A stretch of 64,000 nucleotides of DNA, taken from Escherichia phage moskry. The DNA lies in the sequence record MN850651.1, one strand, 5' to 3'. Position numbers and translations under genes: made by a program. Positions 17,663 to 26,745 of the stretch are shown here, piece by piece (the first letter of the stretch is position 1; every line of letters starts with the position of its first letter). Below the pieces are notes generated by a model. The model was not told the origin of the DNA and ran no database searches. It saw only the letters and a program-made list of their open reading frames with translations.

Positions 17663-18157
17663 TTAATTTAGAATATTAACTACTGCACTACGTGGAACAA
17701 CGCTAAAATCACCGGCATGAACAACGTTCAGAAGTTCAACCCCATCTTCAATCCACTGATCAGTTACCCATCCACTCACTGGACCTGCGAACGGACGACG
17801 AATTGAAACAGCTTTACACAACAAATCAGTAGGCTCAATAGGCTTAATCAGAGTACCGTACATACAAGCGATATCCATATCAATACAGATGTCTTTAACG
17901 GGTTCTACTTCTTCAACCAACAGTTCAAAGTCGGTGCTTGGAAGGGCGGTAGTAGAAATTGTACCATATGAATTTTTAATTTCTAAGAATAACCAAGGGC
18001 CTTCAGCTTGTTTGATGAAGTTAACAATAGTGAAACTATTACCTTGAGTGGCACCTAAAATTTCACAAAACTTTTCATAAGCTCGCACTGAAGCACCATA
18101 CCAGTTGATTTGTTTTTCGTCTTTCAGGATGTAAGTAGCCGTAGTATTGATATTCAT
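17663..18157 (-). CDS. hypothetical protein, member C of the tandem paralog trio
   Basis: 164 aa; C-terminal ..SGWVTDQWIEDGVELLNVVHAGDFSVVP.. related to members A and B. Confidence 0.5.
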   Translation of the reverse strand: MNINTTATYILKDEKQINWYGASVRAYEKFCEILGATQGNSFTIVNFIKQAEGPWLFLEIKNSYGTISTTALPSTDFELLVEEVEPVKDICIDMDIACMYGTLIKPIEPTDLLCKAVSIRRPFAGPVSGWVTDQWIEDGVELLNVVHAGDFSVVPRSAVVNILN

Positions 18158-18188
18158 AATGTTTTTCCTGTTTGGTTAAGATAGAAAG

Positions 18189-18218
18189 ATTATACTCCAA
18201 CCATCCTTGGTTGTAAAC
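18189..18218 (-). promoter_or_regulatory. early promoter, copy 2 of the repeated module (GTTTAC-N18-TATAAT)
   Basis: ATTATACTCCAACCATCCTTGGTTGTAAAC on + strand; nearly identical at about 60265 and 61285. Confidence 0.5.
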
Positions 18219-18223
18219 TGATT

Positions 18224-18901
18224 TTATCGCTGTTTTACACTTAACGGGTCAGGATTCTCAGGGACATCTTCAAGGCCAAGCGCATAACGCTGAGCATATT
18301 TTAACATCAAAATATCTTTAGCACAATCGTGAATACTATCATGGGCAACGAATCCTTTTAGCGTACCCATCGGTAATGGACACATACTTAATCCTCGTGT
18401 CAACGAGTAAGCTTCGATTGCCGTACGAATATCGCGTTGGGCCCAGAATTTAACCGGTTCTAATTTATCAGTATCAATCTCTGGTTCAAGAACACCTTCA
18501 TCACGATAGAGGTCACGAATCAAATCAACCAAGATCGGGAAGTCAAAGCTCATACCACGGCACCACATCTGTGATTTCCATTGGTCAACTTTATTAGCTC
18601 GGCAATAGTCTAAAAAGATTTTAATGCCTTCAAGCGTAGTGACATCATCTTCAGACGGAGCCAGGTTTTTACGCGCTTCAGCCGATTGTTCTTTCCACCA
18701 TTTCATAGTGGATTTAGCGAAAACTCGCTTCCCTTTCTGAGAAGCTAAATTAAATTTAATTCGCTTACCTCGTTGAACAAGTTCTTCAAATGATTCAACA
18801 ACTTCAGGGTCGGAATTATATGCAATAACCGCAAGGTCAATAACAGCCGCTTTTGATGTATTGCCGAATGTTTCAAAATCTATAATAACATCAGTGCTCA
18901 T
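18224..18901 (-). CDS. dexA: exonuclease A (DexA, DEDD-type 3'-5' exonuclease)
   Basis: 225 aa; N-terminal ..VIIDFETFGN.. exonuclease motif; immediately downstream of dda as in T4. Confidence 0.8.
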   Translation of the reverse strand: MSTDVIIDFETFGNTSKAAVIDLAVIAYNSDPEVVESFEELVQRGKRIKFNLASQKGKRVFAKSTMKWWKEQSAEARKNLAPSEDDVTTLEGIKIFLDYCRANKVDQWKSQMWCRGMSFDFPILVDLIRDLYRDEGVLEPEIDTDKLEPVKFWAQRDIRTAIEAYSLTRGLSMCPLPMGTLKGFVAHDSIHDCAKDILMLKYAQRYALGLEDVPENPDPLSVKQR

Positions 18902-18910
18902 AATTTTCTC

Positions 18911-20224
18911 TCAAATAAAATGGACGTCAAACCGGCCACGAGTTGTGCCGACATACAATAACTGTTTAGCTAATTCTGAATCGGCATAATGGATACACGG
19001 TGTATAAACAAAGGCCGTGTCAACAGACATACCCTGGGCCTTATGGAAGGTTGATACTGGTAGTGCCTTCACCTTAGTGAACATACGTTTAGCATCCCAG
19101 AATTCGCTCCATGGAGCTTTACCACCTTTATTCCAGAATTTGTATGTTTCTGCGGTCTTAGCCAAAAACAAATTGAATTTATAAAGCTCTTCTTCAGAAG
19201 AAATAACCTTTATATCTTCTCGGATATATTCTTCATCATCCCCATATGTTTCTACTGTAAGATTCCAGTATCGTATCATATATTCGCCTGAAACGCCACG
19301 TGCTTTAACGAATGTAGACGTTTCTACAGCATCTCGAATACGAACGAATTGCCCGTTATTGAAAAGCATTTCAGTCATATTTTTGCCATCTAGCTTGTAC
19401 GTCTTAGTAAACGGCTCTTGTAGAACAATGACTTCGTCTTTAATAAATGGTTTTTCTGTTTCAAGAAGTTTTCGGCGAATAATTGAATTTAACTTGTCCA
19501 CCGACTTATTTGTGAATGCCATCATTCGATTTTCGAAAAGGTCTTCAGGAGTTTTAACGACGTTAAAATAGTTCGTCATATACGATTTAAGGTCTGTATA
19601 TCCATGAACACCGTGCCCATCAACTACTTTATCGTAAATCCATTTGCCATTACGAATATCGGTCGCAACATCAATAATTGGTGCATTGCTACGTTTAACT
19701 TCTGTAAGGTTGCATTGCACGAAGTCTTTGTGAGTGAAGAAAGGACTTAGATACGCAGTTGATTCGCCTGGGTCTACCGGACGAATCTGGCATCGGTCGC
19801 CGATGCCAATTACTGTACACCATTTAGGGATACTAGCTAACATTATTTTAAACAGAGAACGGTCGCACATTGACGCTTCATCAAATAACAGTACACGACA
19901 CAAGGCTAAGTCGGGAACCTTTTTCTGTTCAAACAATACGTTTTCTTCGTATGTAGTTGGGTTGATTTTAAGAATGCTATGAATAGTCGATGCTTCTTGA
20001 CCAGCAAGTTTGCTTAGAACCTTTTTAGCAGCATGTGTAGGGGCTGCTAAAATAATACCTGATTCTCCGGCAGAAATAAGAGCTTCAACGATGAATCTAG
20101 TAAGGGTTGTTTTACCTGTACCAGCAGGCCCATTAATAGTTACGTGATGTTTCTTTTCTTTAATAGCTTTCATAACAACGTTGAAGGCGTTTTTCTGGCC
20201 TTCAGTCAAATCATCAAATGTCAT
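18911..20224 (-). CDS. dda: Dda DNA helicase (SF1B)
   Basis: 437 aa; MTFDDLTEGQKNAFNVVMKAIKEKKHHVTINGPAGTGKTTLT.. matches T4 Dda from memory; Walker A/B motifs. Confidence 0.95.
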   Translation of the reverse strand: MTFDDLTEGQKNAFNVVMKAIKEKKHHVTINGPAGTGKTTLTRFIVEALISAGESGIILAAPTHAAKKVLSKLAGQEASTIHSILKINPTTYEENVLFEQKKVPDLALCRVLLFDEASMCDRSLFKIMLASIPKWCTVIGIGDRCQIRPVDPGESTAYLSPFFTHKDFVQCNLTEVKRSNAPIIDVATDIRNGKWIYDKVVDGHGVHGYTDLKSYMTNYFNVVKTPEDLFENRMMAFTNKSVDKLNSIIRRKLLETEKPFIKDEVIVLQEPFTKTYKLDGKNMTEMLFNNGQFVRIRDAVETSTFVKARGVSGEYMIRYWNLTVETYGDDEEYIREDIKVISSEEELYKFNLFLAKTAETYKFWNKGGKAPWSEFWDAKRMFTKVKALPVSTFHKAQGMSVDTAFVYTPCIHYADSELAKQLLYVGTTRGRFDVHFI

Positions 20225-20532
20225 CGTAAAGTCCCTGCAATTGGAATACTAACAATACGGCCTGTGTCCAGGATTCGTTGATATAATCTTTGCGTCTCCG
20301 CATCTAGTTTAATGTGTTTCATTTCGAGCTTATTAAACCAGAACTTACGCGGAGTTTCGACCATTCTTAGAACTCCCATTTTTAAATCTGTTTTATACTG
20401 TGTTTTCAAAGTATCGAAAACTTTATCTGCAATATCCTTTCTAAAAAATACTGCAGGACGATGCTCATCAAGTGGAACCGGGACAGTAAATCCTTCCATA
20501 TCTCGATAAACTATTGCATATACATAAACCAT
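20221..20532 (-). CDS. hypothetical protein (dda.1 position)
   Basis: 103-aa ORF whose stop overlaps the dda start. Confidence 0.5.
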   Translation of the reverse strand: MVYVYAIVYRDMEGFTVPVPLDEHRPAVFFRKDIADKVFDTLKTQYKTDLKMGVLRMVETPRKFWFNKLEMKHIKLDAETQRLYQRILDTGRIVSIPIAGTLR

Positions 20533-20534
20533 AA

Positions 20535-21281
20535 TTAACCTTTAATCAGTTGGAATAATGATGCGCTAAGTGGTAAGCCACGTTTCAATTTTAATTTACC
20601 AATGAAACCAATCTTTTCAAAACGTTGCAGACCTTGGATAACTTTATCATATGTATCGAAAAGCGATTCAGCGTCAGTTAATTTAGTTTTAGTTTTCCAG
20701 TCAGAGCCTTTAAGAAGAACATTGAGTTTAGTAAGTTCATGGCCTTCTGCTTGATGTGAGCCATTAATGCGTGCTTTCAAAGCAACAATTCTAAGTTTAG
20801 ATTCGTTAGATAAAGGTTGATTTTTCATCATGTTCGCCATATGCTTAACACGATTTTCACGTTTTGCTCGGATTTTTAAAATAGTACCATAAACCTTTTT
20901 AATTTGGGTCCATTTCTTCTCGTCGAGATTAAGTTTCTCTACTTTACGGACAGAAGGATTAGCAATACGTCTTGCAACAGCGTCACGTTTCTCAATAAGT
21001 TCTTCTAATGTTAAATCAGAACGAGCGGTGTTATATTTTTTCTTAACTGGGATAACATTACCTTTAATGTAGCCTATATCATTATTAAAACGTTCTAAGG
21101 ATAATTTCTCACCTTCAACAGAGTTATTAAAAGATTCACCTGAGTAAGCGCAGACCTTTTGATCAAGAATGTTTTTAAGGTAATTAAAGTCTAAGTTAAA
21201 ATCCTTAGAGCGTCTCTTCGCAGAAGCTCTGGTGTGGTCAAGACGACGATTGATTTTGTTAATTTTATTATTTGATAACAT
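20535..21281 (-). CDS. srd: hypothetical basic protein; Srd-like by position and size
   Basis: 248 aa, lysine/arginine rich; position dda-srd-modA as in T4. Sequence identity not verifiable from memory. Confidence 0.4.
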   Translation of the reverse strand: MLSNNKINKINRRLDHTRASAKRRSKDFNLDFNYLKNILDQKVCAYSGESFNNSVEGEKLSLERFNNDIGYIKGNVIPVKKKYNTARSDLTLEELIEKRDAVARRIANPSVRKVEKLNLDEKKWTQIKKVYGTILKIRAKRENRVKHMANMMKNQPLSNESKLRIVALKARINGSHQAEGHELTKLNVLLKGSDWKTKTKLTDAESLFDTYDKVIQGLQRFEKIGFIGKLKLKRGLPLSASLFQLIKG

Positions 21282-21331
21282 AATATTTTCCTCTGTCTTA
21301 CGGACGTTAAGGTCATTTAGCTGATAAGCTT

Positions 21332-21360
21332 ATAATATCACGCCCTCAGGTAGTGTACAC
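21332..21360 (-). promoter_or_regulatory. early promoter (GTGTAC-N17-TATTAT) upstream of the srd-like gene
   Basis: Read directly. Confidence 0.4.
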
Positions 21361-21434
21361 TCTTTTTTCATAAAATGCTTTAATTTTTTATGTGTTATAA
21401 TGGTTCTGAGTTCCATCCGGTTATTCCAATTCAG

Positions 21435-22043
21435 TCAGTAACTGACAATAGACAGATTCCAGATTGTATAACGTCCATCTTGAATAATAGAATCTACACG
21501 CAGTGTAGTCCCTATAGGGAGCATAAATTCACATTCGTCGGATATAAGTCTAGCATTAGACCGTCTTGTCGCTTCAGGGAAAGCTCCATTGAACTCACAA
21601 GATGGCGCAGCCAGAATCATGTTAAGCATATGTTCACGGAAGTTGAAAGCAAATGGTGCATCTTTGATGCAGAACATATTAAATGTTCCGTAAAAATTAT
21701 ACGAAGCAAAGTTACGTGCTACACCGAACACTGGGCTGAAGCTCATTACTCTGTCAAATTTAATAATACTACCAATGCCTTTATCATCGAGTGTGGCCAT
21801 AGTTTTCTTAGAGATTCCACGATACATTGTCTCAGGAACAGAAGACGTCCAATTTCTACGAACGATTGAACTTAACTCCTGTTGAATACAGTCTGGCTTG
21901 TTTTCCATACACTGCCAAAGGATGCTTTGTTCATTATCGTTGAATTGACTATCAATTTCGTACTGCAATACATCTTGATATTCGGGGTTTTGAGCACGAC
22001 GAACCATTTCTTCAATTTCACACTCGTTATACGGCATAAACAT
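21435..22043 (-). CDS. modA: ADP-ribosyltransferase ModA-like
   Basis: 202 aa; R (..TMYRGIS..), S-x-S (..SFSP..) and E-x-E (..DECEFMLP..) motifs of R-S-E mono-ADP-ribosyltransferases. Confidence 0.7.
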   Translation of the reverse strand: MFMPYNECEIEEMVRRAQNPEYQDVLQYEIDSQFNDNEQSILWQCMENKPDCIQQELSSIVRRNWTSSVPETMYRGISKKTMATLDDKGIGSIIKFDRVMSFSPVFGVARNFASYNFYGTFNMFCIKDAPFAFNFREHMLNMILAAPSCEFNGAFPEATRRSNARLISDECEFMLPIGTTLRVDSIIQDGRYTIWNLSIVSY

Positions 22044-22071
22044 TTAGGTTTCTCCTGTGGTTGATAAAGGT

Positions 22072-22100
22072 ATAGTATCATCATCGGAAGAGTTTGTACA
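22072..22100 (-). promoter_or_regulatory. early promoter (TGTACA-N17-TACTAT) for modA
   Basis: Read directly; followed by ACCTTTATCAA. Confidence 0.5.
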
Positions 22101-22682
22101 CTAAAAATTCAACATTTTCAAATGAATGATTTTGTATAATCGAGATAAAGGGTCATATTCTAAGTCTTCAATTTCCACAATCTCAAATCTAGAGATACCT
22201 GAGACCATGTACTCTTGTTCAGATTCAATCATATCTAGGACGTCAACACGCTTTTCTTCCATAACATGCTTAGGGTTCTTTCCGGCGAGTACAATGTTAA
22301 CCATGTTTTGGTAGTAATCAAAAATGAATGGAGCATTCCTGAGACTAAGAATAGTGTACGTCTGATATTCCCATCTCCCGGAGAATTGACGAGCTGTACT
22401 GAAATCAGTTGTGAACGATGTTACTCGTCCAGGAGACCAATGGCATCCAACAGAAAGAAGGGAAAGACGTTCTGCTTCTTCTGGAGTTACACCACGGTAG
22501 AGTTCTACCGGTACTGTAGAAGTCATATGCTTACGAACAAGATGGTCTAATTCATAGTGGAAATCCGGGTCTTCCTTAGAATCGGTGCAAGCCCAGAGAA
22601 TGTTTTGTTCTTGGCGGGTGAATTTGCTATCAATCAGATTTGTTAGGTATTCACGTTCTTGAAGTTCAGATTGACATGTCAT
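22101..22682 (-). CDS. modB: ADP-ribosyltransferase ModB-like
   Basis: 193 aa paralog of the preceding gene; ..LYRGVT.., ..SFTTD.., ..EQEYMV.. Confidence 0.7.
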   Translation of the reverse strand: MTCQSELQEREYLTNLIDSKFTRQEQNILWACTDSKEDPDFHYELDHLVRKHMTSTVPVELYRGVTPEEAERLSLLSVGCHWSPGRVTSFTTDFSTARQFSGRWEYQTYTILSLRNAPFIFDYYQNMVNIVLAGKNPKHVMEEKRVDVLDMIESEQEYMVSGISRFEIVEIEDLEYDPLSRLYKIIHLKMLNF

Positions 22683-22709
22683 GATAGACCTCCATTTAAA
22701 GATAAGCCT

Positions 22710-22738
22710 ATCATAACACGAGAGGAGGGAATGTAAAC
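22710..22738 (-). promoter_or_regulatory. early promoter GTTTAC-N17-TATGAT for modB
   Basis: Read directly. Confidence 0.5.
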
Positions 22739-22898
22739 TACTTTTTAAGCTTTCCTACTAAAGGTCCATCAGGACCAGGTTGTTCTAACATGAATAAGGA
22801 TGCTTTAAAAAGCAATGTCAACCCTTTCACCATTCGATACCATGTCTCAAAGTCTTTTTCCTTGATTTCTAGTAAGAATTTCTCTTTAAATTTCTCTT

Positions 22899-23087
22899 TC
22901 ATTTCCAAGGACTCCATGGTGGAGGGTCGTCATAATAAGAGGCAAGGTCTTTCAGGGCTTCAACAGGTAAACTAAAGCCGTGTCGTTGTATAATACTATC
23001 TAGTTCATCAATAAGTTCACTACGATGCACTTTAGGAGCCTCAACTTCAGGCTCGTCAAACATACTCATAAGGTCCATATTATTCAC
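22899..23087 (-). CDS. hypothetical protein (62 aa)
   Basis: ORF track. Confidence 0.35.
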   Translation of the reverse strand: MNNMDLMSMFDEPEVEAPKVHRSELIDELDSIIQRHGFSLPVEALKDLASYYDDPPPWSPWK

Positions 23088-23544
23088 CTAAATAAAAACT
23101 AGCAGGTTCAGAGAATGTTTCTAGTGCTACACCTTTTGTCTTAAAAAATTTCCAAATAGCTCGTTGCAAATGGATTAAATCTGCTAATGATGTAATAAAG
23201 TATTTTTTGGCAAAATACTTATGGTCTCGCTTTTCAAACAAGTCTAAACGCTTTTCAGGATTCACATAAACTGCATTTTCCGTAGATTCATAACCTAAGT
23301 CCTTTATGCCTTCTTCAAGACTAAACGGAGAATTTTTAGAACGAGTAATAGCTCCAACTCGCTCTACACGAATTTTGTAACCTTTAGGAATCTGTAATTT
23401 GCAGAATTCTTCTACGATATATTGCGGATTATTTAGACTTTTGTTAATGAGAATAGCTATTTCTAGTGGAGTCTTATCTTCCACTGGTATATGTTTAAAT
23501 GACTTGGCTTCAAGCAAATACATTTTAAATAGCATAGCATCCAT
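23080..23544 (-). CDS. hypothetical protein (154 aa)
   Basis: ORF track; coupled to the upstream gene. Confidence 0.5.
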   Translation of the reverse strand: MDAMLFKMYLLEAKSFKHIPVEDKTPLEIAILINKSLNNPQYIVEEFCKLQIPKGYKIRVERVGAITRSKNSPFSLEEGIKDLGYESTENAVYVNPEKRLDLFEKRDHKYFAKKYFITSLADLIHLQRAIWKFFKTKGVALETFSEPASFYLGE

Positions 23545-23750
23545 TATAATTTCCTCGATGGTTCACCCATATAAAGTTTTACAATACGTTCGCCTTCATC
23601 TTCGACGAGTTTTTCTTCATGTTTCTGGAATTCTTTAGCCATATTCTCTTCAAGAACATCCAGCCAATCTTCTGGACCGACACCATCGTCCCAGCTTTTA
23701 AACCATTTAACTATCTTGTTCATTCGCAGCTCCCTGAGCTTGAACCACAA
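23544..23750 (-). CDS. hypothetical protein (68 aa)
   Basis: ORF track. Confidence 0.45.
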   Translation of the reverse strand: MWFKLRELRMNKIVKWFKSWDDGVGPEDWLDVLEENMAKEFQKHEEKLVEDEGERIVKLYMGEPSRKL

Positions 23751-23908
23751 TCAGAATAACTTGACCCGGAATCACCAGGCCAAGACGATACGTATGAATG
23801 ATTATAACTTGAAGAGTTTGAAGCAGACTTAGGACGAATAACTTCTTCCATCATGCCGTCACCAATGTATTCCCAACTTTTTTCGTGTGTATCAGGAATA
23901 GGCATCAT
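23720..23908 (-). CDS. hypothetical Ser-rich small protein (track ORF extends to 24028)
   Basis: Internal Met preceded by SD GAAGG gives a non-overlapping gene. Confidence 0.3.
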   Translation of the reverse strand: MMPIPDTHEKSWEYIGDGMMEEVIRPKSASNSSSYNHSYVSSWPGDSGSSYSDCGSSSGSCE

Positions 23909-23921
23909 ACCTTCGCCTGGT

Positions 23922-24149
23922 TTAACAGCAAATAACTTCTTCAGTATCGTAAGCATTAATTGTTCCTCGAACAAAACGAACACCACCATCATCCCAGCGG
24001 ATTTCGGCATTAAATTTGACGTCTTCACTATCCATCATGAATGAGTGTACGACTACATCATCGTAATATCCAAGACCGTATTTCAACGAAACTTCTTGAG
24101 CAATCAAAGCACCTAATGTGTTATTAGGTTTAATCCAACGATTTAACAT
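23922..24149 (-). CDS. hypothetical protein (75 aa; track ORF extends to 24218)
   Basis: Internal Met MLNRWIKPNNTLG.. preceded by SD AGAGGAG and a promoter; the track extension overlaps the promoter. Confidence 0.4.
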   Translation of the reverse strand: MLNRWIKPNNTLGALIAQEVSLKYGLGYYDDVVVHSFMMDSEDVKFNAEIRWDDGGVRFVRGTINAYDTEEVICC

Positions 24150-24177
24150 ATTGTTCTCCTCTTGAGTAAGTAAGAAT

Positions 24178-24207
24178 ATCTTAACACAGTTTTTAGTGGT
24201 TGTAAAC
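24178..24207 (-). promoter_or_regulatory. early promoter GTTTAC-N18-TAAGAT
   Basis: Read directly. Confidence 0.45.
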
Positions 24208-24215
24208 TGTAGAAA

Positions 24216-24244
24216 CAAAAAAAAAAGGAATCCCGAAGGATTCC
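24216..24244 (-). terminator. strong rho-independent terminator downstream of soc
   Basis: GGAAUCC-CGAA-GGAUUCC stem-loop followed on - strand by a run of about 10 U. Confidence 0.7.
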
Positions 24245-24253
24245 TTAAATTAT

Positions 24254-24490
24254 TTAACCACTTACTGGTGTAGGGGTAAACATTGCAGCGTTCTTAGTTT
24301 TCCAGTCAGCTGCATCAGAAACTACAGTAGAATATGCCGCCTTTTCAGAAGGAAAGGTCTGATAATGAGAATCTGCAATACGATGCTCGTTAGAATAGAT
24401 TTCAAATGGTACAGAAACTTCCATACCTTTAACTTCTTTACCTTCACCAGCAGGATGCGTAAAGGTTTTGATGTTTACATAACCACCCAT
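24254..24490 (-). CDS. soc: small outer capsid protein Soc
   Basis: 78 aa; ..GYVNIKTF.., ..HYQTFPSEKAAYSTV.. match T4 Soc from memory. Confidence 0.85.
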   Translation of the reverse strand: MGGYVNIKTFTHPAGEGKEVKGMEVSVPFEIYSNEHRIADSHYQTFPSEKAAYSTVVSDAADWKTKNAAMFTPTPVSG

Positions 24491-24492
24491 AA

Positions 24493-24813
24493 TTAACTCC
24501 TTTGTTGTTTAATTACAGGTGTATTTATAATGAATTTCTTCGGGACAATAAAATATCCGAATTTAGCTAATATAACAACATCACCGTTAATTATTACCGG
24601 AGAATAATCATCTGGAGTATTAAATTTCCAGTGGAGTCTAGTATTATATCCATCAGAGCCGAATGCTTTATTAGCCGGTCTCCCGGCTTTTTGCCATGCA
24701 TAAAAATCAAGTTTCATTTGCAACCCAATCAACCATATGTAGATTGTCTGATAATTGACTAACATGCTGAAGCTGATTAGACAGGAGCTTACAAATAAGC
24801 TCACTGTTATCAT
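24493..24813 (-). CDS. hypothetical protein with N-terminal hydrophobic segment
   Basis: ORF track 24493-24831 (TTG start in track); first ATG at 24813; weak RBS. Confidence 0.3.
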   Translation of the reverse strand: MITVSLFVSSCLISFSMLVNYQTIYIWLIGLQMKLDFYAWQKAGRPANKAFGSDGYNTRLHWKFNTPDDYSPVIINGDVVILAKFGYFIVPKKFIINTPVIKQQRS

Positions 24814-24879
24814 TTTTAAATAGCTGGTCAATACGTTTCTTGTGGGCTTTCTTAAGCTGTCGTTTATTTAAACGAGCCA

Positions 24880-25401
24880 TTAGTAACCTCGGTCTTGGCG
24901 AGCGAAGTTTTCAGCATTCTTCAGGTAATACAGTTTAAAGATTTCTTCAGCGGAAAGACCCAGACCTTGGAACATATTCAGAACAAAGTGGAGGATATCA
25001 ATCATCTCGAATTTAATTTCAAGCTGGTCTTCAGGAGACAGTTCATCGATACGACGATTTCGATATTCAGCGTGTTGTGCCTTCCACGGCTTCCATACAC
25101 TGCTGGCGGCTTTTTCACCGTTGCTCATACCACCAAGTGAAGTCAGCAGTTCACGAAATTCATCATCAATATAATCTTTCTGATTACGCAGCCAATCAAC
25201 AACATCACCAGCAGTGGCCAATTCATCAGGATGTTTGTTATGTTCAGGCTTGTCATTTGCCAGACGAACCTGTAAAGATTTCTGCATATCAAGCATTACC
25301 TGCAGTGGGTCTTTATCTTCGTGAATCAGAGCATTAAAATAAGCTTCTTCTGCTTTATCAACACCAGAAATAAGTTGTGAACATTCGTTAAAGTGTGCCA
25401 T
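24880..25401 (-). CDS. 56: dCTP pyrophosphatase (dCTPase/dUTPase) gp56
   Basis: 173 aa from MAHFNECSQLISGVDKAEE..; ..DPLQVMLDMQ..LQVRLAN.., ..LEIKFEMIDILHFVLNMF.GLG.. match T4 gp56 from memory. Confidence 0.9.
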   Translation of the reverse strand: MAHFNECSQLISGVDKAEEAYFNALIHEDKDPLQVMLDMQKSLQVRLANDKPEHNKHPDELATAGDVVDWLRNQKDYIDDEFRELLTSLGGMSNGEKAASSVWKPWKAQHAEYRNRRIDELSPEDQLEIKFEMIDILHFVLNMFQGLGLSAEEIFKLYYLKNAENFARQDRGY

Positions 25402-25489
25402 TATTTTTCCTTTCAATTCAGTATAAGAGAGTTAATTCTAACATTAATTTTATAAAGCGTAATAAATAATAGGTAACTAAGGAGATATT

Positions 25490-25687
25490 ATGTTTAAACT
25501 TCCATCGTTAATCAACGCTATTAAAGGCAATAAAAAGAAAACTGCTATCGCTGCAATAGTTGTAGGTGGCATTATTTCATGGAACTTCGGGATTGCACCA
25601 TTGTTAGTTGCCCATGGTATTATAGTTCCTTCTGTTCCATTGGATACTGTAGTTGATTTGGCCTTTGCTATTATAGGGCTTGTTTAA
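25490..25687 (+). CDS. small membrane protein (65 aa), plus strand
   Basis: Strong SD TAAGGAG 7 nt before ATG; hydrophobic (..AIAAIVVGGIISWNFGIAPLLVAHGIIV..); 3' end converges on and overlaps the primase stop. Confidence 0.5.
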   Translation: MFKLPSLINAIKGNKKKTAIAAIVVGGIISWNFGIAPLLVAHGIIVPSVPLDTVVDLAFAIIGLV

Positions 25688-26706
25688 ATCTTCGAATAAC
25701 GAGATAATCTCATTTTAGCATGCAACCCACTTGAAATATTCTGTTTCATATATTCTAAAATTTCTTGTGGTGTTGCATTTTCTTTCATTACCATATCATT
25801 CACATCCTTTGATCTCCATGGAGCTCGATCCCAGAACATGACACGTTCGCCTGCATCAACTAATCGCTTCATACGAGCTATAGTATCCGGATGCCTAGGT
25901 TCATTATCCATTACCCATACCCGACGCTCTTTAAATGGTACCACATCTAAATCTATTGAGCCGCCTGTAATAGCGATTGCATTGGGTATGAATAAACTAT
26001 CAATAGGACCTTCCATTACCCAGACGTCCCCTTCCTTAACACGTTCAACACCATAAATTTTTGTTGCAGACTCAAACGCTTTAATAGTGATATATTTCTG
26101 AGGAGCATCTTTACGAAGTGCACGTCCTTGAAATGACTCGGCCTTCCCATCTTTATTAAAAATAGGAATAACTAAACGTGGTTCGGGAATCTCTTTCTTA
26201 TACGTACCAGGTTGAATCTTGTTGACCAATTTAGGCCATTCTAATGTGAACCATAATCTGTTCCATGATTCTTTAGGAATGCATCGAGACTTAACATATT
26301 TCACAATAGGATGCTCTTCAGGCAGCTTGTCCAGACGAGAACAAGACGGCAAAGAATTTATAGTCTTTTTCTCCGGTTCTGGTTTATGTTCAGGAACCTT
26401 TTCAATCTTTGGTTCCATTCTAGCTTTTTCTTTACGAACTTCCATTAGATACTCACGATAAAGCTCTTCATCATACTCTTTTAAGTATCCGGAAATTGTA
26501 TTGTGGTATTGACAATTATAGCAATGTACATTACCAGGAGTACCGCCATAATACCATCCGCGAGCTTTCATTGCATCTGTTTGGGAGTCGCCACAAACTG
26601 GACATCGAAATGTTAATTTAAATGTGCTTGAATTATTGATTTGTCTAAAACGAGGTAGGTGAGAAAACGCACGATAAGCAAATTCATTATCTATCCATTC
26701 AGCCAT
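25684..26706 (-). CDS. 61: DNA primase gp61
   Basis: 340 aa; N-terminal zinc ribbon (CPVCGDS..CYNCQ), Toprim-like core; matches T4 gp61 in length and motifs. Confidence 0.9.
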   Translation of the reverse strand: MAEWIDNEFAYRAFSHLPRFRQINNSSTFKLTFRCPVCGDSQTDAMKARGWYYGGTPGNVHCYNCQYHNTISGYLKEYDEELYREYLMEVRKEKARMEPKIEKVPEHKPEPEKKTINSLPSCSRLDKLPEEHPIVKYVKSRCIPKESWNRLWFTLEWPKLVNKIQPGTYKKEIPEPRLVIPIFNKDGKAESFQGRALRKDAPQKYITIKAFESATKIYGVERVKEGDVWVMEGPIDSLFIPNAIAITGGSIDLDVVPFKERRVWVMDNEPRHPDTIARMKRLVDAGERVMFWDRAPWRSKDVNDMVMKENATPQEILEYMKQNISSGLHAKMRLSRYSKI

Positions 26707-26745
26707 AGTATTCTCCAGAGGCCTTATTAATTTAAGGCCATCATA

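Noticed and set aside
21390-21869. 159-aa + strand ORF
   Set aside because: Entirely antisense to the ModA-like gene, no RBS, Cys/Ser-rich low-complexity translation; treated as spurious. The same applies to other + strand track ORFs inside - strand genes (for example 10020-10442, 41275-41907, 45664-46116, 47411-47899).
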